Source: Candidatus Dojkabacteria bacterium
GTDB lineage: Bacteria > Patescibacteriota > Dojkabacteria > B142 > OLB20
Length of the DNA stretch: 64,000 nucleotides
Direction: 5' to 3'
Assembly: GCA_035444565.1 (NCBI GenBank)
Contig: DAOMOX010000003.1
Span: 159,488-223,487, forward strand
A program made the position numbers and the translations under genes. Shown here piece after piece: positions 1-9,077 of the stretch. The notes under the pieces are model-generated. The model ran no database searches, was not told where the DNA came from, and was given only the letters and a program-made list of their open reading frames with translations. Position 1 is the stretch's first letter; each line of letters starts with the position of its first letter.

Positions 1-684
1 CTCTATCATTTGTTCCTCAAAGAATCTGGTGAGGTTTTGTTGAAGTATTATTCCGTCTTTTAGCCATATTGGAGATGAAACATCTTTGTCGTTTTCAATG
101 ATTAGATACTTTAATTTCTGAGCAATCAATATGCTATTTATCTCACTAAGTTTCTTTAAGTTTTCAAGATAGTCGTTTAATTTCTTTTTTGTTTCGAAAG
201 CCACACCGTGGATTCTCTGTAAAAGAGGTCTGGAAGAATCGTTCATCCAGTAATTTTTTGTAATTTTAGTTAATTTGAAGTGATCCAACTCACCAGTACT
301 TTTAACATGAGGACCTCTACAGAGATCAATGAAATCATCTCCAGTTTTATAGAAACTTACCTCTGCATCGGGAATTTTATTCAAGAGTTCAGTTTTGTAT
401 GTTTCTCCTAATTGAAGAAGTGTCTGTAACGCTTGATCTTTAGGTATTACAATGTTTGTGAAAGGGATGTTTTCCTCAATGATTTCATTCATCTCGGCCT
501 CAATATTTGCTAAATCTTCGTGAGTGAATTTGTGGTCAATATCAAATTCATAATAAAAACCTGTATCCGTAACCGGTCCGATTCCAATCTTTACATCAGG
601 GAATAGTCTTTTCACAGCGTAAGCTAAAACATGCGCTAAACTGTGACGTTGCTTCTCTAGGTTTTGTAGTTGAGCAGTATTCAT
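1..684 (-). CDS. thrS: Threonyl-tRNA synthetase, 5' part only; the gene runs off the left edge of the window. It begins with the N2 editing domain and has no TGS domain.
   Basis: Minus-strand translation from the ATG complement at 682-684 gives MNTAQLQNLEKQRHSLAHVLAYAVKRLFPDVKIGIGPVTDTGFYYEFDID...FYKTGDDFIDLCRGPHVKSTGELDHFKLTKITKNYW...LQRIHGVAF. This matches the ThrRS second additional/editing domain motifs (RHSxAHLL, IGPVIDNGFYYD, CRGPHV, LQRIYG). The ORF is open to position 1. It is absent from the ORF track because it is truncated. Confidence 0.85.
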   Translation of the reverse strand, partial: MNTAQLQNLEKQRHSLAHVLAYAVKRLFPDVKIGIGPVTDTGFYYEFDIDHKFTHEDLANIEAEMNEIIEENIPFTNIVIPKDQALQTLLQLGETYKTELLNKIPDAEVSFYKTGDDFIDLCRGPHVKSTGELDHFKLTKITKNYWMNDSSRPLLQRIHGVAFETKKKLNDYLENLKKLSEINSILIAQKLKYLIIENDKDVSSPIWLKDGIILQQNLTRFFEEQMIE

Positions 685-943
685 ATGAGGTTCTGTTGGT
701 AATATTTAAATTTTCAATTTTTCTGATAAATCTCTACTTATAATAAATAAGTTGTTTAGTTGTCATTCAATTTATTTTTTCTTCAACAATATGGGTAGTA
801 CAGGATTCACACTTTATGTATTGTTCAGGTAAGTTCATACTACGCTTCGCTTGTATTCACTAACCCTTCACTTACGAACCTGTCACCTACTTATCTACCG
901 AAGCCTTGGCGAAGGCAGATCGCATGTCATACAACTACTAGTG

Positions 944-1016
944 TGGGTGGTACAAGATTCGAACTTGTGACCTTTCGCACGTCAAGCGAATGCTCTACCA
1001 GCTGAGCTAACCACCC
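944..1016 (-). tRNA. tRNA-Val, anticodon GAC. The 73-nt gene has no encoded CCA.
   Basis: The reverse complement reads GGGTGGT-TA-GCTC-AGCTGGTA-GAGC-A-TTCGC-TTGACGT-GCGAA-AGGTC-ACAAG-TTCGAAT-CTTGT-ACCACCC-A. It has a 7-bp acceptor stem, a D-arm, a 5-bp anticodon stem with U33 and anticodon GAC, a TTCGAAT T-loop and discriminator A. Confidence 0.85.
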
Positions 1017-1038
1017 ACACTAGTAACTGTATTACCAG

Positions 1039-1110
1039 CCCCTCTTTTATCAAAATCTTTGATTTTGTTTAAAAGAGAGGGTCCTCGCCCACTTCATTAA
1101 AAAGTGGCGG
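1039..1110 (-). other. Two imperfect hairpins between the clpP stop and tRNA-Val. They could be intergenic structure, a processing site or a weak terminator. Neither has a canonical U-tract.
   Basis: The first hairpin pairs cccctctttta with aaaagagaggg, one arm having a 2-nt bulge, around a palindromic loop caaaatctttgattttg. The second pairs ccactt with aagtgg around the loop cattaa. Neither is followed by a T-run on either strand. Confidence 0.3.
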
Positions 1111-1177
1111 GACTGAGCTAACTACCTATAATCGATCGACTGTAGTGATTATCAATCATTCAGTCTCAAATTGTAAA

Positions 1178-1774
1178 CTAATTTGGTCGGTTTTTGATTA
1201 TTTTATCAATCAACCCATATGTTTTTGCTGTCTCTGCAGTCATATGCTTATCTCTATCACTATCTTTTACGATTTGTTCGTAACTCTGTCCAGTATTATC
1301 AGCAAGAATTTTTGTAAGCAAATCTTTTAATCTAAGGATTTCTTTTGCTTCAATCTCTATATCGCTGGCCTGACCCGAGATACCTCCACTAACAAGTGGT
1401 TGGTGCATATGTATCATGGTATTTGGTAGTGCAAATCTCTTGCCTTTTGTACCTGCTGATAAGATAACAGTTCCAAATGATGCTGCTGTCCCAAAAGCAA
1501 ACGTAACTATGTCTGGCTTTATGTAGTTCATGGTGTCCAGTATCGCAAGACCAGAATATATCACTCCACCAGGGCAATTTATGTACATGGTGATATCTTT
1601 CTCTTTATCTTCCTTTTCTAGAAATAATAATTGTGCAATTACAGCATTTGCGACTTGATCATCTATGCCTGTACCTAGGAAAATTATTCTTTCTTTAAGT
1701 AGTCTTGAATAGATGTCGTATGCTCTCTCTCCATCTCTGGATTTTTCAATAATAGTTGGGACAAGGTAGCTCAT
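1178..1774 (-). CDS. clpP: ATP-dependent Clp protease proteolytic subunit
   Basis: The 198-aa product has a ClpP fold signature: [47 protein letters not shown]. The length is typical. Confidence 0.92.
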   Translation of the reverse strand: MSYLVPTIIEKSRDGERAYDIYSRLLKERIIFLGTGIDDQVANAVIAQLLFLEKEDKEKDITMYINCPGGVIYSGLAILDTMNYIKPDIVTFAFGTAASFGTVILSAGTKGKRFALPNTMIHMHQPLVSGGISGQASDIEIEAKEILRLKDLLTKILADNTGQSYEQIVKDSDRDKHMTAETAKTYGLIDKIIKNRPN

Positions 1775-2131
1775 GGATAAAATTGATTAATTAAGGAACA
1801 AATCATTATATGATATTTTCTGAAGTTAATAAAACTTTATAATATTTTGTGAAAAGTTGAATAGAAACAAAAATGCCTCCTTGCGGAGACATTTTTGCTT
1901 GCACTTTTAACTATTTTTACTGCCTTTTGCTTATATTTAATTGTAGTAACAATTTACCAGACAAAACACACCTTTGTCAAGAATATTTGTACAGCAATTA
2001 TTGTGGTGTTGTAGGAATTTGTACACCGTTGATACGCTCTGGTGGTCGAACATATCTGGCGGGCTTCTTCTCTTGTATAAAGAGTCAAATATTAAGGATG
2101 ATTTTTTTAGAGTAAATATTTTCCTTGGAAA

Positions 2132-2713
2132 TCAGTCAAGAATTTTAAAGGAAGATTCGCTATTCAAATTCATGTCGTTTGCTTTACCAGCATTGAGTTC
2201 TAGTACGTATTTTGATGGTCTATCAGATGTGTATCGTATGGATTCGTCCAATGGTTTAGTGTTTCCGTGGTAGTTTATAAATTTTTTGTTTGAATCAAAG
2301 AAAATAATATCCAATGGTATAAATGTGTTTTTCATCCAGAACGATTGGTTCTGACTTTCTTGGAATACAAAAAGCATACCCTCGTTATCTGGCATAGTTT
2401 TAATATTCATAAGACCTGTTGCCCTACTCTGATTGTTATCAGCTATGTATACTTCATAAATATGCGTTTCGTTATTGGATGAAATTTCTATACGTTTTTT
2501 TGCTAGTTGGTTAGCGTTTGGAAGTGGATCAACTTTTATTTGTTGCGAATTCTCAATAGTTTTGAATATTGACATTATAAGAAAAAACCCTCCTAATACT
2601 GCTGATGCAAATATGATTGCGATTGTTTTCCAATTAGCCTCAATACTATTGTTTTCGTTTAAAGTTTTTTTCAAGATCTGATTTATTAATAATCCAAATA
2701 ATTGGCCTGCCAT
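2132..2713 (-). CDS. DUF192-family protein with an N-terminal membrane anchor. The annotated start overlaps the 3' end of mutL by 68 nt, so the true start may be internal.
   Basis: There is a TM segment WKTIAIIFASAVLGGFFLIMSIF. The DUF192-like core reads GLMNIKTMPDNEGMLFVF...FWMKNTFIPLDIIFFD. Confidence 0.6.
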   Translation of the reverse strand: MAGQLFGLLINQILKKTLNENNSIEANWKTIAIIFASAVLGGFFLIMSIFKTIENSQQIKVDPLPNANQLAKKRIEISSNNETHIYEVYIADNNQSRATGLMNIKTMPDNEGMLFVFQESQNQSFWMKNTFIPLDIIFFDSNKKFINYHGNTKPLDESIRYTSDRPSKYVLELNAGKANDMNLNSESSFKILD

Positions 2714-4427
2714 GTGGGCAAGAATAAGGTTGTGAACATTTTAATAGTTCTCTAAATATTTGTCTTGCTTGGTAATTGTCTAATTTTTGTCCCGCTCGAA
2801 TGCTGCTATGACATGCGATTGTCGCTATTAATTTCTTTAAAACAGAATTCTCTTCTTTATCTACTGTGTCACTAGATTCGTCAAGCGAGGCAAGAATCTC
2901 CGAGAAAATTTTATCATTATTGTTTGAATACACACCTTCTGGAATCGATGTAAGTTCTGTCTTGTTGCCCTTTATTTTGAACTCAAAGCCCAATTTATAG
3001 AGCAGGTCTTTGTTCTCCAGTAACATTAGTTGCTCGGATTTTGAGATGTTGAGAATTTCTGGTAATAGTAGTTTTTGTGAAGGTAAGGTGCTCTCTTCTT
3101 TAAATCGTTTTTCGATTTTTTCAAAATTAATCCTTTCGTCTGCAGCGTGTTGGTCAATAAATTGAACACTATCACCGTTCTGGATTACTAGATAAGTATT
3201 GAATATCTGTAAAATTTCTGATTCAATCTCGAATAGTTCTGGTTCTTGTGAAATATTATTACTCGCTAAGAGTATATTACGCGTAAAACTTATGCTGGTT
3301 TGTGTATTTTGACTTGAGATTACTGTCTTGAAATTCTGAGCACTATGAGCTTCTCGCGATTTTTCAGATTGGTTAAACTGATTGGTATCGATATTTGTAT
3401 CTGTTTTTTCTGTGTGAAATCTGCTAAATGTTTCTTCTTTTAAATATTTTTCTAAAGCATTTCTAACTGAGTTATGAACTACTCTGAAAATCTCTTTAGT
3501 ATTATCAAATCTGATTTCATTCTTCCTAGGGTGGACATTTACATCTACTTTCTCTTCGTCGATTTTAATATTAATAAAATAAATTGGATATTGATTATGC
3601 ATAAGGTTTGTACCAAAGCCAGATTTTACTGCCTTTGCTATGACTGGATCCATAACACTTCTATTATTGACAAATATATACTGAATTGAACTATCTCTCC
3701 TATTAAATACAGGATGCCCTACAAAACCTGAAATCCGTAGACCTTTATCATCAAATGACAAAGGAATTAGTTTTTCTATGAGGTTCGGATGTATCTGCAG
3801 GATACGCTTTTCTAGTGTATCGACTTTTGGTAATGAGTGTACGAGTTTAGAATTATTATAGAATTCAAATCCAATCTGGTAGTGAGGTAATACGATCTTT
3901 GTAAATGTATTTAAAATATTTTTATATTCGGTGAGCTCAGATTTCAAGAATTTTCTTCTTGCAGGAATTTGGTCAAAAATATTTTCAACGATAACAGTAG
4001 TCCCCTGATTCCTCGCATCTCCAGGTGCAACTATTATACGTTCACCGTTAGTAGAGGCAATTATTGGCTTTTCTTTAGACGATTTAGTATGTATTTTGAG
4101 TTTTGAAACACTGGAAATGCTTGCAAGTGCTTCTCCACGAAAGCCCAGTGTATAAATATTCTTAAGGTCATCAACAGAGTGAATTTTTGAAGTTGCATGT
4201 TGAACAAGGGCTAACTTAGCGTCTTCTTCACTCATTCCAGTTCCATTGTCAACGACCTCTATGTAGTTAATACCACCATTTTCAATCTTTAAGATAATTT
4301 TATCTGCTCCTGCATCAATCGAATTTTCAATTAATTCCTTGACAATTGATGCCGGTCTTTCTACTACCTCACCTGCAGCAATTTTGTTAATTAAGTCGGG
4401 AGATAGAAGTTTTATTGTGTTAGTCAT
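2646..4427 (-). CDS. mutL: DNA mismatch repair protein MutL
   Basis: The N-terminal GHKL ATPase domain reads KLLSPDLINKIAAGEVVERPASIVKELIENSIDAGA...YTLGFRGEALASI. The C-terminal dimerisation region reads ACHSSIRAGQKL...CPHGRP. The product is 593 aa. Confidence 0.92.
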   Translation of the reverse strand: MTNTIKLLSPDLINKIAAGEVVERPASIVKELIENSIDAGADKIILKIENGGINYIEVVDNGTGMSEEDAKLALVQHATSKIHSVDDLKNIYTLGFRGEALASISSVSKLKIHTKSSKEKPIIASTNGERIIVAPGDARNQGTTVIVENIFDQIPARRKFLKSELTEYKNILNTFTKIVLPHYQIGFEFYNNSKLVHSLPKVDTLEKRILQIHPNLIEKLIPLSFDDKGLRISGFVGHPVFNRRDSSIQYIFVNNRSVMDPVIAKAVKSGFGTNLMHNQYPIYFINIKIDEEKVDVNVHPRKNEIRFDNTKEIFRVVHNSVRNALEKYLKEETFSRFHTEKTDTNIDTNQFNQSEKSREAHSAQNFKTVISSQNTQTSISFTRNILLASNNISQEPELFEIESEILQIFNTYLVIQNGDSVQFIDQHAADERINFEKIEKRFKEESTLPSQKLLLPEILNISKSEQLMLLENKDLLYKLGFEFKIKGNKTELTSIPEGVYSNNNDKIFSEILASLDESSDTVDKEENSVLKKLIATIACHSSIRAGQKLDNYQARQIFRELLKCSQPYSCPHGRPIIWIINKSDLEKNFKRKQ

Positions 4428-5373
4428 TTATTTCGATTGTAAGTTCGATCGGTATGTAAGCTAATTCCATTGGGATGCTTTGCTGTTCAGTAGAATTTTG
4501 AGGAATTGTCGTAGATAAAATACTTAAAAAAATATCGTCTCCAGTTAAATCAATACCATCTAAATCTGGTTCTAAGCTAATAATAACTTGATAATCACCG
4601 TTCGCGAGATTCAATGGAGCATCCAATGGCTCTGGCAGATTCCTTAATAAATCTTCACCAGGATACATAAATCCTTCGTTACTTAATGAATAAATCTTGG
4701 AATTGTCTTCTTCTCTGACATTGTCGAATCTCCCGAGATTAAGTGTTTTTTCTTCAACGGTATTGCTAATTCGGGTTTCGTATTTAAAAGATTGTGGAGC
4801 ATTAGGTAAGGTTAATCCAGGTTGGTCTTCTTCTGCCTTTTTAAACCATATCCCACTGAGTTCGTTAATAGTAGAATTTCCATCTGTAGGGGTTGCTAAA
4901 ATGAAGAAATTGTCCCCTTCGGGAATATCTATACTAAATTTTAATTGCGCAATGTTCTCAGTAATTTCAGCTTCCATCAAGGTGAAATTATTAGGTATCT
5001 CATCTCTATCACCTTCGTTTTCAATGGTCACAAATATTTTATTAATTTCTCTTAACCCATCTAGAGAAAGTTCTTTTAGATCGGTTCCGTCTAGATTCTT
5101 GAGTTGATTGTCAATAGAATTGAATCTCTTGATAAATAGTACACTTTCGTCTTCTCTTCTACCCCACATAGCGTAATGCCCTAACTGAATAGTTGGAAAA
5201 TTATCAGATTGAATGTTTATTGAAGGTGTTGTTGGGATTGGTTCGGAAGTTCTATCAAGGTATACCTTAGATATGATTAGTATGACTGCGGATATGATGA
5301 CTGATAAAAAAATTATTACCCAAATTAGGGATTGTCTTTCATTAAGTTCACTTAGCTGAGATCTTCTTCTCAT
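4420..5373 (-). CDS. Hypothetical extracytoplasmic protein with an N-terminal TM anchor. It overlaps the mutL start by 8 nt and is probably co-transcribed.
   Basis: The 317-aa ORF begins with a charged N-terminus followed by the TM segment LIWVIIFLSVIISAVILIISKVY. I recognise no catalytic motif. Confidence 0.6.
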   Translation of the reverse strand: MRRRSQLSELNERQSLIWVIIFLSVIISAVILIISKVYLDRTSEPIPTTPSINIQSDNFPTIQLGHYAMWGRREDESVLFIKRFNSIDNQLKNLDGTDLKELSLDGLREINKIFVTIENEGDRDEIPNNFTLMEAEITENIAQLKFSIDIPEGDNFFILATPTDGNSTINELSGIWFKKAEEDQPGLTLPNAPQSFKYETRISNTVEEKTLNLGRFDNVREEDNSKIYSLSNEGFMYPGEDLLRNLPEPLDAPLNLANGDYQVIISLEPDLDGIDLTGDDIFLSILSTTIPQNSTEQQSIPMELAYIPIELTIEIND

Positions 5374-5409
5374 GTAAGTTTGTTGGATTATTAATTAATG
5401 ATACAGTTT

Positions 5410-5685
5410 TTAGTCTGCCTGGACAAATTTTACGCCAGATGGTTTCAGTTTCTGTTGTCTGAAGACCGATAGGATGTTGAGTAATTTTCCATTTGCTTCA
5501 CCAACAATTACGTGTTTCTCTAATGTGGTTTTGACTAGTTCGCTACCATGAAGTTTTTTGAGGGGAATCCTTCGTGAATATTTCGCTTCACTGATTGCGC
5601 CCAATTCATTGATAATCTTGGTCCTAATGCGCCAATCGATTCGAGCTAAATCGTCTTTAGCTTTGTTGGAGTACACTATATTCAT
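5410..5685 (-). CDS. Putative type II toxin of the RelE/ParE superfamily
   Basis: The 91-aa product is basic. Its start overlaps the stop of the upstream RHH antitoxin gene by 4 nt. The overall size and pattern (N-terminal helix, C-terminal beta segment KHVIVGEANGKLLNILSVF) fit RelE/ParE-type toxins. Confidence 0.5.
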   Translation of the reverse strand: MNIVYSNKAKDDLARIDWRIRTKIINELGAISEAKYSRRIPLKKLHGSELVKTTLEKHVIVGEANGKLLNILSVFRQQKLKPSGVKFVQAD

Positions 5686-5975
5686 GATTGTTTTATCTCA
5701 AATAATTTCTCTATGTCCTCTTGTGAATATGTGGGGCCTTTGTAGGACTCCAAAGAGGTGAGTTGTAAATAGTATTTATCGGTAAGCTTTTCCTCCATTT
5801 CCTTTAATAACACCTTGATTTGATTGCGTATTAATGCAGACGGAGAAACACCCAATTTACTGGCAAAATAAAAAAGGAGATCTTTCTCCTCGGGCTCAAG
5901 CCTTACGGCTAATTTAGTTGTCATATTATTCTTCATGACATAATCATTATACCAATCAGAAAAGTATTTGTCCAC
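5682..5975 (-). CDS. Putative RelB/DinJ-like ribbon-helix-helix antitoxin
   Basis: The RHH-like segment is TTKLAVRLEPEEKDLLFYFASKLGVSPSALIRNQIKVLL. The C-terminal tail PTYSQEDIEKLFE resembles the DinJ/RelB toxin-binding tail. The gene sits immediately upstream of, and overlaps, the toxin gene. Confidence 0.55.
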   Translation of the reverse strand: MDKYFSDWYNDYVMKNNMTTKLAVRLEPEEKDLLFYFASKLGVSPSALIRNQIKVLLKEMEEKLTDKYYLQLTSLESYKGPTYSQEDIEKLFEIKQS

Positions 5976-6061
5976 TCTTCGGATGTTTGAAAAGTAGCCA
6001 GGAGTAGTGTGTTTCGAAATAATAAAACTATGGGATATGCAGGTCTGTCGGGTGTGAAAAA

Positions 6062-7159
6062 CTATAGGTTGGTAGATTCGTGTTTTGTACTAGAATACTT
6101 ATTTACTTCAGATTCTTCAAAACCGAGAAAGAAAACTTCAGTTCTAGGTGTGATTCCAAGCTTCTTTTTTGATTCTTCGTATATTATCTCAAAAAGACCC
6201 AAAACATCGTCTGATGATGCTCCTGGTTGAGTTTCTATGAATGCTGCATGTTTCTCTGAGATTTTTGCATTACCGATTTGTTTACCTTTTAATCCTAAGA
6301 TTTTGTCGATTATGTATCCCCAACTATTACTTTCAAGTTTCAATTCGCTCTGAACTGTCTTCTCAATATTTTGAAAGCAACATCCTGCACTATTTGCGGG
6401 TTGTAGTCTTTTCCTAGTGGCCCATGCTATTGAGGTTTCTCTTGCACGATTTTTATCACCTTCTCTAAGAATTAGATTAACAGACAAAATAACGTCGTTA
6501 TTATTGTGGAAAATAGAATAATCGTAATCAAATTTCAGTTCATTTTTATTAAGAGTTTTAAAATTACCCTCTTCGGTTAAAACATATACGGATTTTACGA
6601 CTTCTGAAAAAAACCTTGTTCCTCCATGAATGTTATTATAGACAGCTCCACCAACTGTCCCCGGAATTCCTGCAAACCATTGAAGACCAGTGATACCCTT
6701 GTCGATTGTGATATTAATCAAATAAGGAAGATAAACTCCTGAAGCTACGTTCACCTCAATTGTTGGGGAATTTGATTCATCATAATCCAAGTCATCGAAA
6801 TTGTAGTATTTGTCCTTATCGACAACATTTAAACGAGCTTCGATTTCTCTAACTGAAGGGAAATGAGTTTCGGAATTACCTTTTATTTCGATTTCTTTTG
6901 ATGCATTTTTGATTACTAAACCGCGTATACCTTTATCCGAGATTAAAACATTACTACCCCACCCTAGTATTGTATAAGGTATATTTAGTTCATTTGCAGT
7001 TTTAACAGCAGAAGACAACTCGTTAATTGTGTTTGCCTGGAAAAATATATCTGCAGGTCCTCCAATTCTCCAAGTTGTGTATTTAGCAAGTGGTTCATCA
7101 AGCTTGACCGTCGAGTTTATCTTTTCTAATTCAGATTTTAATTTGTTTAGATTATTCAT
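6062..7159 (-). CDS. murB: UDP-N-acetylenolpyruvoylglucosamine reductase
   Basis: The FAD-binding PCMH domain reads YTTWRIGGPA, LGWGSNVL, GIPGTVGGAVYNNIHGG. The product is 365 aa. Its presence implies peptidoglycan synthesis. Confidence 0.88.
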   Translation of the reverse strand: MNNLNKLKSELEKINSTVKLDEPLAKYTTWRIGGPADIFFQANTINELSSAVKTANELNIPYTILGWGSNVLISDKGIRGLVIKNASKEIEIKGNSETHFPSVREIEARLNVVDKDKYYNFDDLDYDESNSPTIEVNVASGVYLPYLINITIDKGITGLQWFAGIPGTVGGAVYNNIHGGTRFFSEVVKSVYVLTEEGNFKTLNKNELKFDYDYSIFHNNNDVILSVNLILREGDKNRARETSIAWATRKRLQPANSAGCCFQNIEKTVQSELKLESNSWGYIIDKILGLKGKQIGNAKISEKHAAFIETQPGASSDDVLGLFEIIYEESKKKLGITPRTEVFFLGFEESEVNKYSSTKHESTNL

Positions 7160-9077
7160 TTGATAATGTAGCTTTTATTCTTCTAATTCCTGCTCCGCTA
7201 CTCTCTTCTTTTAATATCTTGAATGAACCTTGTTCTCTAATTTGTTCAATCTTCTCAACGTGTGGTCCACCACAGAATTCTTTTGAAATTTCTTCTTCTG
7301 CTTGTTGATCTTTTATAAAGTAAACGGTTACCAAATCACCATAGTTTTTACCAAATTCCATCTCGGCACCTATTTTTTCAGCTTCTGATTTGGGCATTGT
7401 GACTTTTTCAATAATGAGGTCCTTAGCAATATATTCATTAACTAAGTTCTCAACCTCGTGAAGAATTTCCGGTGTTAATTTTTCATTATGAAGGAAGTCT
7501 ATTCGCAATCTTTCAGAGGTAATATTGCTTCCTCTTTGTTTAACGTGCTTACCCAAAGTGTTTTGTAATGCTGCAAGCAACAAGTGATGTGTTGTATGTA
7601 ATGCTGTAGTTCGTTCTGATTGGTCAGCTAATCCTCCCTTAAACTTTCTCTCTGCTCCGGCTCTGCTTTGTGCTTTATGATTTTCAAGTTCCGTATTAAA
7701 TCCATTTAGAATTTCTTCGATTTCTTTCTCATTGTAGTCTCCTGGATCGTTTGCGGAATTTGCAGCCAATTCTTCGATTATCATTTCGATAGGGAAACCG
7801 TATGTTTCATAAATATAAAATGCATCTTTCCCAGAAATCCTCAAACCCATACCTGTATATTTCTGCAGCTCTTTCAATCCTTTGTCTAACGTTTTTGCAA
7901 ATTTTAATTCTTCTTTCTCAAGTTCATTTAATATTGAACTTTCATTTTGTTTTAATTGCGGATAATGTGAGTGCATTCTTTCTATCACTGCCACGGCAAG
8001 TTCCCTTGTGAAATTACCATCCATTTCAAGTTTCCTTGACGTTCTAATCATCCTGCGGATTAAACTACGTAGAATATAACCTTGGTCTTTATTTGCAGGG
8101 ACAATACCGTCAGCGATGATGAAGCTTGAAGCTCTCGCATGATCTGCGAGTATTCTCATACTTGATGTGAATTCATTCTCATTACCTTTATTTTTGTAAG
8201 ATTTTCCGCTTAGTTTTTCTATTTTTTCAATAATTGGGACATATAAATCGGTCTCGAAAATGTCAGTTTTCCCTTGGGAACACATTACTACTCTTTCGAA
8301 ACCTCCACCAAAGTCTACATTTCTCTGGGACAGTTTTTGCCAAGACATATTTTCGTCGAGTTTGTATTCCATGAAGACGGAGTTTCCTATCTCAATAAAT
8401 CTCCCCGAATCATCGTTTATGTGGTATTCGTCTTGTTCAACTGCAATTTGTCCTAAATCGTAGAAAATTTCTGAGCTAGGACCACCGAGCTCCCCAGGCG
8501 CTTCTCCTCGTTGCCACCAATTGTCTGATTTTCCATATGGAAATATACGATATTTGTGTGTCTTGGCCGACTCAAGGTCTGCAGGAATGTTTGTTATATC
8601 CTCAGTGAACTCTGCATCTATACCGTGTGCTTTGAAAACCTCTTTCCATAAATCAATAGAAACATCATCCCTTCCTACTACATCATCTCCACCCCAAACT
8701 GAAACGTACAATCTTTCAAAGTCGAGACCAAAGTGTTTGGTGTAGAGTTCAAATACCCATGGGATTTGCTTTTCTTTAAAATAATCACCTAGAGACCAGT
8801 TTCCCATCATTTCGAACATTGATGTGTGTCGATTGTCTCCTATTTCGGCAATATCCTTAGCTGCTGAACGAAAGGACCTTTGAAAATTACACAATCTTTT
8901 GCCTTTTGGATGAGGTTCACCTGATAAATAAGGTACCAAAGGAAACATTCCGGAATTTGTGAAAAGAATTGTTGGATCGTTAACAGGTATTAATGAGATG
9001 TTGGGAATCTCAGCATGGTTTCTAACAGGGTCTGTCATAAACTCAAAAAAAGCTTTTCTGATGTCTTCTGATTTCAT
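7152..9077 (-). CDS. alaS: Alanyl-tRNA synthetase, short form of 641 aa. It has the catalytic and editing domains but no C-Ala domain.
   Basis: Class II core motifs are LFTNSGM and FEMMGNWSLGDYFK. Editing-domain motifs are HTTHHLL and CGGPHV. The protein ends shortly after the editing domain. Confidence 0.88.
   Translation of the reverse strand: MKSEDIRKAFFEFMTDPVRNHAEIPNISLIPVNDPTILFTNSGMFPLVPYLSGEPHPKGKRLCNFQRSFRSAAKDIAEIGDNRHTSMFEMMGNWSLGDYFKEKQIPWVFELYTKHFGLDFERLYVSVWGGDDVVGRDDVSIDLWKEVFKAHGIDAEFTEDITNIPADLESAKTHKYRIFPYGKSDNWWQRGEAPGELGGPSSEIFYDLGQIAVEQDEYHINDDSGRFIEIGNSVFMEYKLDENMSWQKLSQRNVDFGGGFERVVMCSQGKTDIFETDLYVPIIEKIEKLSGKSYKNKGNENEFTSSMRILADHARASSFIIADGIVPANKDQGYILRSLIRRMIRTSRKLEMDGNFTRELAVAVIERMHSHYPQLKQNESSILNELEKEELKFAKTLDKGLKELQKYTGMGLRISGKDAFYIYETYGFPIEMIIEELAANSANDPGDYNEKEIEEILNGFNTELENHKAQSRAGAERKFKGGLADQSERTTALHTTHHLLLAALQNTLGKHVKQRGSNITSERLRIDFLHNEKLTPEILHEVENLVNEYIAKDLIIEKVTMPKSEAEKIGAEMEFGKNYGDLVTVYFIKDQQAEEEISKEFCGGPHVEKIEQIREQGSFKILKEESSGAGIRRIKATLSNE

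Noticed and set aside
1021-1060. A tmRNA 5' end (GGGGCTGG...) on the minus strand next to tRNA-Val
   Set aside because: Only the first 7 nt resemble tmRNA. The sequence runs straight into tRNA-Val within 25 nt. There is no tag reading frame or tRNA-like 3' domain.
1145-1577. ORFs 1145..1330 (+) and 1389..1577 (-) overlapping clpP
   Set aside because: They lie inside or in an alternative frame of the strongly supported clpP gene. They are Cys/Phe-rich nonsense translations.
2646-2713. The 68-nt overlap between the DUF192 gene start and the mutL 3' end, read as a frameshift or pseudogene
   Set aside because: Both reading frames are intact and the N-terminal TM helix of DUF192 is preserved. 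The overlap more likely reflects a mis-called start or genuine overlap in a compact genome. A non-AUG start closer to the TM helix is plausible.
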